From Ranitomeya imitator (lineage: Eukaryota): a stretch of DNA of 64,000 nucleotides. This document shows positions 13,121-24,893 of the stretch, piece by piece. The DNA lies in NCBI RefSeq assembly GCF_032444005.1, contig NC_091282.1, positions 111,476,001-111,540,000 of the forward strand, read 5' to 3'. Each line of letters opens with the position of its first letter. Positions within the stretch are counted from its first letter, which is position 1. Both the position numbers and the translations under genes were made by a program. The notes under the pieces are model-generated. The model was given only the letters and a program-made list of their open reading frames with translations, searched no databases and was not told the DNA's origin.

Positions 13121-14563
13121 GCCTCTATCTTCTCCTGGTTCTCCTCCTATCTCTCTGACCGATCCTTCACTGTATGTTTTGCTGGTTCCTCCTCCTCTCA
13201 CCTTCCCCTTACTGTTGGGGTTCCTCAAGGATCAGTCCTAGGCCCCCTCCTCTTCTCGTTGTATACTGCCCCTATTGGACAAACAATCAGTAGATTTGGT
13301 TTCCAGTACCATCTCTATGCTCACGACACCCAATTATACACTTCTTCTCCTGATATCACACCGACCTTTTTAGAAAACACCACTGATTGTCTTACCGCTG
13401 TCTCTAACATCATGTGCTCCCTCTATCTGAAACTAAACCTGTCAAAAACTGAACTCCTCGTGTTCTCTCCCTCTACTAACCTACCTTTGCCTGACATTGC
13501 CATCTCCGTGTGCGGTTCCACCATTACTCCAAAGCAACATGCCCGCTGCCTTGGGGTCATCCTTGATTCTGACCTTTCATTCACCCCCTACATCCGATCA
13601 CTGGCTCGCTCTTCTTACCTGCATCTCAAAAACATTTCTAGAATTCGCCCTTTTCTTACTTTCGACTCTGCAAAAACTCTTACTGTTTCACTTATTCATT
13701 CTCGTCTGGACTATTGTAACTCTCTACTAATCGGCCTCCCTCTTGCAAAACTCTCCCCGCTCCAATCTGTCCTGAATGCTGCAGCCAGGATCATATTCCT
13801 CACCAACCGTTACACCGATGCCTCTACCCTGTGCCAGTCATTACACTGGCTACCCATCCACTCCAGAATCCAGTACAAAACTACTACCCTTATCCACAAA
13901 GCACTCCATGGCTCAGCACCACCCTACATCTCCTCCCTGGTATCAGTCTACCACCCTACCCGTGCCCTCCGCTCCGCTAATGACCTCAGGTTAGCATCCT
14001 CAATAATCAGAACCTCCCACTCCCGTCTCCAAGACTTTACACGTGCTGCGCCGATTCTTTGGAATTCACTACCTAGGTTAATACGATTAATCCCCAATCC
14101 CCACAGTTTTAAGCGTACCCTAAAAACTCATTTGTTCAGACTGGCCTACCGCCTCAATCCATTAACCTAACGATCCCTGTGTGGCCTATTTATAAAAAAA
14201 AAAAAAAAAAGGTTCCTCGCATCATGTTCTCATACACTTTATGCAGTATTAGCCCTCTGTGTCTGTACTGCTACATACTTAGGCAGTTAACTGGTTCATG
14301 CAGCTTTACATGAACACCCGATCCTTACACTATAGCTGGTCCGAATAACTAAAGCAATTGTTATCATCCACCTCTCGTGTCTCCCCTTTTCCTCATAGTT
14401 TGTAAGCTTGCGAGCAGGGCCCTCATTCCTCCTGGTATCTGTATTGAACTATATTTCTGTTATGCTGTAATATCTATTGTCTGTACAATTCCCCTCTATA
14501 ATTTGTAAAGCGCTGCGGAATATGTTGGCGCTATATAAATAAAAATTATTATTATTATTATTA
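13121..14563 (+). mobile_element. 5'-truncated L2 LINE inserted into a T2/Kolobok-like MITE
   Basis: [16 protein letters not shown] then the RT C-terminal half; 3' end GCGCTATATAAATAAAA(TTA)n. Flanks carry the inverted motif TATACTCACC...GAGTATA. Confidence 0.93.
13259..14170 (+). pseudogene. L2 ORF2 reverse transcriptase, C-terminal part (YADD mutated to YAHD)
   Basis: [40 protein letters not shown] motifs. Confidence 0.9.
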
Positions 14564-14811
14564 TCTTCACCTTTTATCCGCAATGCTCATGGATCATGGT
14601 CAGTCTCCAGCAGTTTGCAACCTGCCGGATCGCTCCAGTGTTTCATGGAGCAAGCCGGAGGTCACTCTTCATTGTAAGTCTATGAGAGCCTCGTTCTGCT
14701 TCTCACAGACTTGCATTGTGGGCTTGAGATGTAACTTCTGGTCAGTCGTCAGAAGCTGCGGTCACAGGGGCAGCACCGAAAAAGGGTGAAGGCGCCGGAG
14801 GTTGAGTATAA

Positions 14812-15217
14812 GGCTATGTGCACACGTTGCGGATTCTCTGCGGATCCGCAGCGTTTTTTGTGGTGCAGAAACGCTGCAGATCCGCAATTGATTTACAGTA
14901 CAATGTAAATCAATGAGAAAAAAAAAAGCTGTGTACACTTTGCGGAAAATCCGCTGCGCAAACGCTGCGGTTTAAAAGAAGTAGCATGTCACTTCTTTTT
15001 TTGCAAATCTGCAGCGTTTTTGTACCCATTCCATTATAGAAATCCGCAGGGGTAAAAAAAACGCAGCAAATCCGCAAAAAAACGCAGAAAAACCGCAGCA
15101 AAAACGCACAAAAAACACTGCGGATCCGCACAAAATCCGCAGCTGCGTTTTCTGCCAGGAGAGGCAGAATCCGCACCAGAAATTCCTAAGGCTAATCCGC
15201 AACGTGTGCACATAGCC
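14812..15217. mobile_element. Harbinger-like MITE (same family and orientation as 11657-12026)
   Basis: TIR GGCTATGTGCACACGTTGCGG; flanks TAA and TTA. Confidence 0.85.
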
Positions 15218-15226
15218 TTAGACCTG

Positions 15227-15686
15227 TGGATTACCATGGCAGGGCAGCGGAGTACTCGGTACCGGGTCCAGTCACTTTTCAAGGGATGCCACGGTGGCTG
15301 CGACCTGGTCCGTGGCCCTGGGTGTCCAATAAAAGGGAAAGGTCTTTTACGGGAATTTGTAATGGCTATGTTCGTGATGCCACCTGTGGTATTCGGTCAG
15401 TAGGGACCGATGCTGCTTAAAGGGGTCCTCTGGGGTGATATTGTTGCAGCAAGATGGTAACACTTCCCACAGGTGAAGCGGGGTCCCCAGGGCTCCCAAG
15501 GTGTGTGACAAAGATGGTGTATGCCGACGAATAAGTGGATAGGGTTGAGCGACTTTTACTTTTTTAGGGTCGAGTCGCGTTTCGCGAAACAAGACTATCT
15601 CAAAAGTCGAGTGAAATCGGCCAATTATGGCGAAAAGTCGGGGATCGACCGAAACACGAAACCCAATGCAAAGTCAATGGGAAATA

Positions 15687-15718
<32 letters not shown>

Positions 15719-16157
15719 CAGAAAAGCTGGTGTTACACATTGCAAATCGCTACAGCGCACAAGCGACAAGATGGCGATAGGCGTCCACGCCCCTAAGACC
15801 TATGTCATCACTCTGCCCACGCTCCTTCGTTGGCTGAAAAAATGGCGCCAAACGCATCATACGAAACGCGACTTTGGCGCGAAGATCGCCGACCGCATGG
15901 CCGATCCCACACTAGGATCGGGTCGGGTTTCATGAAACCCGACTTTGCCAAAAGTCGGCGACTTTTGAATTTGTCCGATCCGTTTCGCTCAAGCCTAGTG
16001 GAGGACACAGAGTTCCCCCTCCTGGCCTAGATTCAGATGTGTTGAATGTAATTGCCTTACCTGATAGAAAGAATCCTCCTTTGCCTCCAAGCGTGACATC
16101 ACCCTCCCCGAAGGGAAGGCAACATCACTGCAACAACCGGTTACCTGGGGTGCTGCA
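15227..16157 (-). mobile_element. Solo LTR (Gypsy-type) interrupted by a hAT MITE
   Basis: TG...CA ends with 4-bp TSD CCTG (15223-15226 and 16158-16161). Strand tentative. Confidence 0.65.
15540..15997. mobile_element. hAT-type MITE, same TIR family as 6263-7255 but different interior
   Basis: TAGGGTTGAGCGA...TCGCTCAAGCCTA; flanks share GTGGA (partial TSD). Confidence 0.85.
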
Positions 16158-16227
16158 CCTGCAAACACACATTAGAAACACATCACTCCAGCACCGAAAA
16201 ACAAAAAAATTTCAATTGGTGCATTAA

Positions 16228-16632
16228 TGGAGCCTGACAGGAAATTCATTTTGCCTGGACAATGGGCAACAAGACTCAGATCCTGGATGCGTAACTGCGG
16301 CTGCGCAAATGCTGTGACATACTCAGAAGAGACGGCCAAGGATTATGCGTCTTGTATCACTAATCCAATGAAGATCCCAGGCAGCTTCTCACAATCACGT
16401 GCAGGTCTCTTTATGTGTGTATATAGGGAGACCTGTCAGTCATGGGGATTGGGGCGGGAAGAAGCCGCTAGGGACTTCATTCAGACTAGATATTCAAGGC
16501 ACACAGTCTCCAGCCACCTCTTCTCAGAAAGGCTGCCGTGTTTCAGAGTAAAATATACCTGGCTGCACTGTAATAACGAAGTCAGGGCCTCATTCATGCT
16601 GCCCAAATCACAAATGTAGTGACTGGTTCCCT
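16228..16632. mobile_element. T2/Kolobok-like MITE, diverged
   Basis: TTAA flanks; right end GACTGGTTCCCT|TTAA. Confidence 0.55.
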
Positions 16633-16940
16633 TTAAGTTGCTTTGTCTGTGCTAAACACTTGGGTTTGTATTAGTGTGTAAGTATGAATAAATAGACAGC
16701 ATTTTCACACATTGAGAAATATTTTCCTTCTGGACTTGCATGTAAAACTTCTGTGACAACACATTGGACAAGAATTTACCAATTACGTATATTCACCCAT
16801 TGCTAAAAAAAAAAAAGTCTTACCTATGGGGGAATCGGGATTTTTGTAGTGTATCATTGAAGAAATTCGAAATTTCTTCGGCATGGTGCCACATTACTGA
16901 GATTTCATGGATCACTGGTTCTCGTTTGCTGAAACATTAA

Positions 16941-17277
16941 ATGGGTTATCTGGGACTAAGATATTGATGATCTATCTTTTAGGGAAACTTATCCTGATCA
17001 GATTAGTGGGGATTTGACACGGAGTATCCCAAATGTTCAACTGTTCAAGTTCATTCCTGGAATCGCAGCTGCAGGATATTGACAATGCACGGAACCTGGA
17101 ATAGCACAGCTCTTTACTCTGCATAGTGGCCATTCTCAGGTACTGCAGCTCAGTTCCTACTGAAGTGTATGAGATATGAGCTGCAGCACCTATGAACAGC
17201 CATTAAACTCTGTACAGACCCCAGTCTATCTAATATTGATTATTTATTCCAAATATTTTAGTCCTGAGCAAACCCTA
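16941..17277. mobile_element. T2/Kolobok-like MITE, diverged
   Basis: TTAA|ATGGGTTATCTGGGA start; internal inverted GCAGTACCTG/CAGGTACTGC-type motifs; related to 20643-21021. Confidence 0.5.
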
Positions 17278-18119
17278 TGATGTAAATTTTAATAAACCCA
17301 AGCCCTATATGGCCAGAACAAATAATTTTCAGCTGAACAAAAAAAGCATATAGCCTGCCAAGTCTAAACTATAACAATACAAAACATGATTAGGACAATG
17401 TCATCTTTCTCCTTCCCAAATCAACTGTACCCTTCCCTATTATGTGTCTCTTCCCAAATAAGAACAATTGGATGTAAATAGCCACAGAAGACATTTTATT
17501 TCATCTAACAACATATGGAATTACAAACAAATAGGATTAGTACCAAAATGAGGCCAGTAAAAATTCTGCTATTTAAAATAACAAACATAGTAACTGAGTA
17601 TGACACAAGTAGGAAAAGGGTTCATGAAGCTAAGAAATCTGCCCAACCATTTAACACTAGGACTACTGGTATAGTAATTTTGACTACTTACTTTCATTAG
17701 TTCTAGTCAGGGTTCACGAGTCCAGTAGTCCTAGTGCTAAATTTCAGGCCAATTCCTGCCATCTTAGAAGCGGACATCCAATGCTAGGACTTGGCCAGAT
17801 ATTCTCCAGCAGATTGCTGGCAAAACCTCCACCACATTCCACAACTGGAAAGTCCGGAGCCTTAGCCACCTTCTGGAAAACACCCATTTCTTAATTTTTC
17901 TAACCTCAAGGATTTCCCCATATTGCCACATCTACGGTGACATGAATAGATAAAAATAAGAATAAAAAAACACCACGTCCAATTCAGTCAATCAATCCAT
18001 TCACACCCAACTCTTACCTTTTCCGTCATCCATAAAAAAACAACCGCCTACCCTCCCATACCCCTCATTTCCACAAGAGTGGTTGGGTGCTTGGGAGTTC
18101 CACTGACTTCTCAAGGTAA

Positions 18120-18657
18120 GGCCGGTTTCACATTAGCGCTTTTTAGCGCAGGGTAGGCCTGCGTACTGTCCGCATGCGTCTTGCGTACCTATCTTTAACA
18201 TTGTGTACGCAGGGACATGTGTTGGCATCAGTTTGTATGCAGATGCGTCCCCGTGTGTTGTTTCGCGGTGTCCGGTAAATGCAACATGTTGCATTTTTTG
18301 AGGCGTCAAATATGTGCAGGCATACGCATGCGGATGAGTGCCCATAAACAACGCATTACTGTCTATGGTAATGCAATGGTAAGCAAGGACATGTGTACGC
18401 AGGCGTTCGATGCACTTGCGTACTTCGGACTGCGCATTTCCAGGAATCATTGAGACACGTCCTCCTAGAGATATCAAACACATGCGCATAAACAACGCAA
18501 ACGGATACAAACGCATGCACACGCAGCGTTTTTTTCGTCATGCGTTACCTGATGCAGATAAAAAAGGCAGCGCAAGCAGGCGTGTAAATGCATTTTGGCA
18601 TGCGTTTGCACATGCAGATGATACGCTGCGCACAGATACGCTAATGTGAACTTAGCC
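18120..18657. mobile_element. Harbinger-like MITE
   Basis: GGC..TTCACATTAGCG / CGCTAATGTGAA..GCC with TAA TSD. Confidence 0.85.
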
Positions 18658-19749
18658 TAAGATGGGCAGTTAGCCTGCTTTTTTTCATTTTTTTAGCATC
18701 AGCTTTTCTTGTAATCTTCTAATTTGTCTCCTATCGGGGGTAACTTTTTTCTACAATAACCTCATTTACACTTGCTCCCTAGTCTAACCATGGCTGTCTC
18801 TACACAGGCTTCTAGCCCCCAGTCCAGCCTTACTATATCATGTAGGATATGTACTCAATAACTCTAAAATATTCACAATAATTACTAAAGTTGATCAAAT
18901 CTTTTCAAATTTTAATTCATTTTTTCCATATATTTGATTTGCAGAGAATAAATTCGCTGTGAATCACAATACTGCAAAGTCTGCAATTGCCTTGAAAAAA
19001 TGCATGTAACACTCTGACGTCTGAAAGGACTGTATGCAATAACTTTCTTGCCACATGCTGTAGGCCAATGGACAGAATAAGAAAACGTAAAAAATTTCAA
19101 CCTGTGATCATTCTAACAAAAGTTAGGACCCTTCGTACCTTAAAATAAACATAGCCTTATTAATGTGAAAGTAACCTTACCATAAAAACGGGAGGTAAGC
19201 CCGGTAATACCAAACAGCCCATTTAATAACACAGCGCACTAACTGACTTTTCAGATTTTTTTTGTATGAAAAATGGTCCAAAAATTATCCCTATTAGCAA
19301 TTTGTGGTTTTGCAGACCATTCTGTGCAGAATACTGACTAAACCTGATCATGTCACTGTCAGAGGTAACTGTGAAAATGCCCTCCACTTCTTCCCCACTA
19401 ACATGCTTCCAATGGAGGTCAATTGTGGCCTTTGTTTGCTAGTACTTCTGCCCGGTGCCAGAGTTGGTGGTGCTTGAGCTGCTGTTAGCGACTCCCTCAG
19501 TCTTATCCTTGGTGTGCCATGTGATGTGATAGCTGCAGAGCATTATGGTGAAGCCCACACAGTTGCCCATTTGAGCATTCTGTGGCTGCTGCAATCTTCT
19601 ACAATGTCTAAAATGGTGCTGGGCATTGCAAATTGTAAGTTTTTCAAAGTTCCCGGGGACCAGCAAATTCTAGAAAATTCAGTACAAATTTGATTTGCGT
19701 CAAATCGATTTGCCATTTTTTAATAATTACATTTGAAAACTCTTGAGGG

Positions 19750-20642
19750 CGTAAGATTGCACTTACTGAGTGTATTGGGGGACACTCACTTGGTAGCGGA
19801 TTAACGTAGTCAGGCACGGGTTTTCACTTTAACAGTCCATGTGGTTTATTATGGAGTCATAAGCCACAGAAATATGAACAACAAGCAAACAGTCTTTACA
19901 TGAATCTTCACATCATTCATCGGCTTTGAAACGCGGTCACTAAACACGCCGAACCTCTGTGTCCAGTTATCGTGGGTCACCGCACGCCATACAGTTCATT
20001 AATGTCCATGGAGCACAACAGGCACCAACATACGACACTACGGTTGCAGTCTCTAATCATGCTGGACCTTACTCCGTCCAGTTACCATGGGTGACCGCAC
20101 AGCACCCCATACGCTGGGTTACCTTCCAGAAGCTCCTGCTCCATACGCTGACTCCTGTCAGTACTCTCTCTCTCAGGGAAGCTGCCAACCTGGGATCACC
20201 GTCCCAGGAAATGCCTTGCTCACCAGGCCACCTGACAGTCCAGATCCTCAGAAGGGCTGTAGCTTCCCCAAACGCAGTGCCATCACGGACTCTGCACACG
20301 TGTCCTCTCTGTGCGCTATTCAGGACGTCCATCCCCATCTGGGACCGTCCAACACACAGGCCCCCAAGTCCAAGGCCTCCCCCATGTGCTCTTCAGGGAT
20401 CTAGTCCTGCTCCCAGGACCTCCCAACACAGAGACCCTCCGGGACCTGGCACACAGACCACTCAGGTCCATCCATCTTTTCCCCATGTGACCCACATGGT
20501 CACATTATATACTTGTAGCCACTCCCACAGGTGGGAGGTGTGTGTGGCTAGTTCAACCATTACAACTACAGATATGCCTCCATGCATATCCTGAGGAGCA
20601 CATGCAGCACCCCCTAGCTGTAACAGGGGTCACTGCATCACA
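19750..20642 (-). mobile_element. Solo LTR (Gypsy-type)
   Basis: 4-bp TSD AGGG. Reverse-strand start TGTGATGCAGTGACCCCTG matches the 22200 LTR start; terminal TG mutated at 19750. Confidence 0.85.
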
Positions 20643-21021
20643 AGGGGTTCACTACTTTGATATTGATGGTCTATTCATAGAATATATCATCATTATCAGA
20701 TTGCACACCCCACTGATCATCTGTTACCGGTCATAGAGGGGGCCAAATGTGATCAGTTGGGGAAGTGCACAGCTTCATCAACTGTATACTGGCCGCAGCT
20801 GCGTACTGCACATCTGCCCCAATTTGAATGAATGGGAGTGGATCTGCAGTACCCTGCTGTGGCCATTATAGAGTTGACGGAGCTGTTCTGCTCTTCAACT
20901 GATCACTTCGGGCTGGCACCGGAAACAGCTGATTGGTGGGGGGTGCTAAATATTGCATCCCCATTGATCTGATATAGATGATCCATGGTCATCAATATAC
21001 AATTAGTGGACAACCCCTTTA
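20643..21021. mobile_element. T2/Kolobok-like MITE whose left TIR received the solo LTR
   Basis: AGGGGTT... left and GGACAACCCCTTTA right. Confidence 0.55.
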
Positions 21022-22199
21022 CACCCGCATTTAAACATTGCCACACAATACAATCATTATTATTTAAGTAACCAGTGCAAACATCATGAGACCTATGTGA
21101 ATTCCAAAAATAAATAAATGAAAAGTGCACATTCCAGTATGTCCCTTTCTCCAGAGCAAGGATAGTTTGTACAAACTGAAATGTTGGTTTCAGCAAACAC
21201 TGTGAAAGATAAGCGCGATAAGCTGGTTCATACATTATAGAAATGTTACGAATACCTAGAAAGGCTTCCGTAACCCTCACCCCTGTCCCTCCAATGACCA
21301 GTAAAGTGTGCAAATGGTCTATACTGGGAAAGTAAAAACGGGATCCGGCTGGTTTTATAGCGATAATGTACAGGGGTTATGCATGGTCATTTTCTCATTA
21401 ACACGATAGTTCTCATTTACATAACTGGGGTGAAAATATGTTTTGTATAGCGGAAAACATCTTATTTTCTTTACCTTTGACGCAATGTCTTTTATGCTAA
21501 TGTTTAGATTTAATATGCTTAATGTCTTTTAGAACGCATTTGAGAACATAAGCTGCATACCTGAAGCTTAGGCACTTTTCAGCTTACTTCCAGATTATTG
21601 CGGAAATTAATAACAACTATAAATAGACTATATAACATAAACGGCTTATTCCTCTTCAGTCCTATGCTTTATTTTGTTATGGTTTGTTTTCCTCAGTGCC
21701 CCTAAGGGTCAAATATGGTATTGCACATTGCCTATTAAGATCAAATGTTTGTGTATGTAACTCATGGACATGCTGGTTCTTACGGGTGAGAGAAACTTTT
21801 TCTAGATGCAATAACTAATACATGAGAGTCTTAAATAGGAGGCCTCCATTTTTCAACTTGAAGTTCCAAAATGTGTTATTTGAAATACGAGTTTTTGAAA
21901 CTAGATAATCAGTACATACAGTAAAATAAATGTCCCTTTAAAGGGTGAAAAAAAAGGTATTAAAGGATAACATTTCCAAAACTAGATACAAAACCATACC
22001 CTGGTAAATAGAAAATGAATCCCAGGAAAGAGAAGTAAATACAAAAATCCCCCCAAAAATCAATACATTAGAGTCATATTCAGAAGATCAATTACATTAG
22101 ATAAATATTGAATACATAAATAAGAGATAAAATGTTAAAACAAACAAAGGTGCCTTATAGACAAGGGAACATATGCTTAAAAATCAATGTTTTAAGCCC

Positions 22200-23243
22200 T
22201 GTGAGGCAGTGACCCCTGATACAGCTAGGGGTCGCTGTATGAGGCGTATTGAGGCCATGGGAGTGCAAGACAGTCGCAGGCGTAACTGTGAAAATGAGAC
22301 AGTGACCGGCGTCATTGTGAATGGCCGGTATGTGTCGCAGAGCAGATTCTCTACGCTGTTAGCCAGTAATGTTGTTCTGGGATCTGTAGTCCCACAAGTG
22401 TTTGTGTACATTATAATAAGGGAGGCTAACAGGGATAGTCAGAGAGCTGGGCGGGTCTGGCTAACCACACATACCTCCCACCTATTGGGGTGGCTACATT
22501 GATATAATGTGACTGAGGTCTGGTCACATGGTCGGAGTGTCAGGTCCTGGATGGCCTGTGTGTTGGAATGTCCTGGGAGTAGGACTGAATTCCTGAAAAG
22601 CACACGGAGAGGCCATGTACCTGAGAGGCCTATGTTGGAAGATCCTGGGAGTAGGATTGGATTCCTGAAAAGCACATGTAAGGCCATGGTCCCGCAGAGC
22701 CTGTGAAGGCTACTGTGTTGGGGAAGCTACCGTCCTTCTTTGGGTCTGGAACTGTAGGGTGGCCTGGTGAACAAGGCATAGTCCGGTAAAAGTGATCCCA
22801 GTAAGGCAGTTTTCCCGGGTGTGAGGACTGACAAGGAGTCATCGTTTGGAGCAGGAGCTCCCGGAAGGTAACCCAGAGTATGGGGGACTGTGTGTACTGA
22901 CGAGGGTCAGTTAATGGTCCGGCGTGTTTAGAGACAGCAACTTAATGTTGTGCTGTGTGAGTAATTGACATGGCATACGGGCACCCCCTGGAACTAATCA
23001 GAGGAGGACTGGCAGGTGTAGTGTCTGAAAAGTGATTAAAGCCATGTGCTATGAAGTATCTGCTATTGGAACAGACTGTTGGTGCTTATGATGTTCCATG
23101 GATGTAATGTACTGGACTTTACGTTATGCGGTTTATGACGTGTAAATAAACCAAATAGGCTGTTTTGTGAGAAAAGGCCCATGTGCCTTAATCCCATTGC
23201 TGAGCGAGTGTCCCCCAACACATGCAGTAAGTGCTATCTTACA
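22200..23243 (+). mobile_element. Solo LTR (same family as 19750-20642)
   Basis: TGTGAGGCAG...ATCTTACA with 4-bp TSD GCCC; AATAAA near the 3' end. Confidence 0.9.
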
Positions 23244-24364
23244 GCCCACAACAACATGGCGGCAATAAATAGAAAAAAGTACTCGGCAGCCAATACAGGA
23301 TGCTCAATTTCTCATTAACCAGTTATGATAATTGGGGTATACTGAACATTCAGCCACACGTGGTATTATAAATGTAAAAGGTATTATTACCTTGAAAATA
23401 AAATTTTTATCGGCTGCAGCAATATTATAAGTACATCCACCACAGCAGACGTTTCACCTTGCTTCTTCTGGGGGTATGTCCACTTCTTATCCAATAAGTT
23501 TATTGATATTTTTCTGGAATTTTTGTAGTCACTTCTTCTTTAGGGATTCATATTCTATTCCCAGGTTATGATGTTATATCTAGTTAACCAGTTCAAGACT
23601 GGACTATTTATCTTATTTCTTTACCAGGCACACTTAGGTAGCGCAAATAGGGTCTTATCTGACTTACCGTTGTACTAACCTGATCAAAGTTAAAGTCAAT
23701 GTACAGCTGCTGTGGATTCACGTGTTGTCAATCTAATATTCAGTATGATGAGGAAAATTTGTGGATACCTCCCTTGCTGCTCTGTATGTAAGAAATCATT
23801 TGATACAGCAGTATGGGCGGTATCCACAAATAAATTTTTCTTACTTATATTCTCTGTGGGGGTTTTGCTGCTATTGGGCAATATCAATTGGGAAAATAAA
23901 GGAAATAAGTGTCTGTTTTTCCAGTTTTGTTATGACCACAAATGACTACTGAAATACATTTAAAAATGGGTTTCCTATGGGCATCTCCAAACCGTGCTCG
24001 GCGCTCCGTGCTCCTTCTCTGCATTGTATCGCCACCCCTCCACCTATGATTGACATTTATACTGCCATCCACACCGCATATGCATGTACCGTGGTGAAGA
24101 TTTGACGGTTGTTTGGATGAAGTAGAAGACATCATCCACGCCAATTATAGGAGTGCTGGCAAAGATGCAAGCTCAGTACTTGAACCCACAACAAAGAATC
24201 GTACACGACATATGACACACCAGTACATTATATGTCGGGATGGGGTTGACTATGTATGCGCCATTTGTTAACCCTACAAGCTCTATTTATTTCTCTAAAT
24301 TTATTTTACCACTGTATACACTATTTATGTATATGCACCACTGTATGTATATGGTAACACAAGT

Positions 24365-24806
24365 TGTAAGGCAGCTACCGGACAGATAGTTTACGGGACG
24401 TATGTATCACAGAGATGGTTGTCATCTGTGATGTAATCCTGAAGTATTGCTCTAGTGCACATAGCACTAAAAGGATTGTTTGGTGCATCTGGGCCAGGTT
24501 TTATGGGCAGCCTGAGAGATGGGCAGGTCTGGCTGCCCACATACCTTACTTCTGTGTGTGGTTAACCTGTTAAAATGGAGTTCGTTGTTTGGCACATGGC
24601 TGTCCGTGTAGGGAGAAGGCCTCCGGTGTGGGATATCTATACTGACCCAGTGTACTGAATGCTATACAGCCTGTGTGACCAGGACTAAGTGCTTTCTGTT
24701 TATAAAGCAGAAATAAACCAACATGGACATTTAAATGGAAACGCTTCCTGTTTTGTCTCCCGACGCACCCAAGTGAGTAGCATTCCCTATAAAATGTACA
24801 AGTATC
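24365..24806 (+). mobile_element. Diverged LTR relic related to the 22200 LTR
   Basis: TGTAAGGCAG start; shares GGGCAGGTCTGGCT..CACATACCT and the AATAAA/GTGAGT..TATCTTA 3' motifs; no clean TSD. Confidence 0.55.
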
Positions 24807-24893
24807 TTATGACCATTTTCTGTTCAATTACCCTCTCCAGTGAGAAAGAGGTCAGGACATCTAGTGCCTCCAATGGGAAGCAGCAATATTTAA

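Noticed and set aside
19400-19720. ORF 19439-19666 as a host exon
   Set aside because: Adjacent to a hAT-MITE-like subterminal remnant; no clear splice pair or homology.
20903-21313. ORF starting LLVIGGTGVRVTEAF (tubulin/FtsZ-like loop)
   Set aside because: The rest is non-homologous and runs into a MITE; likely chance.
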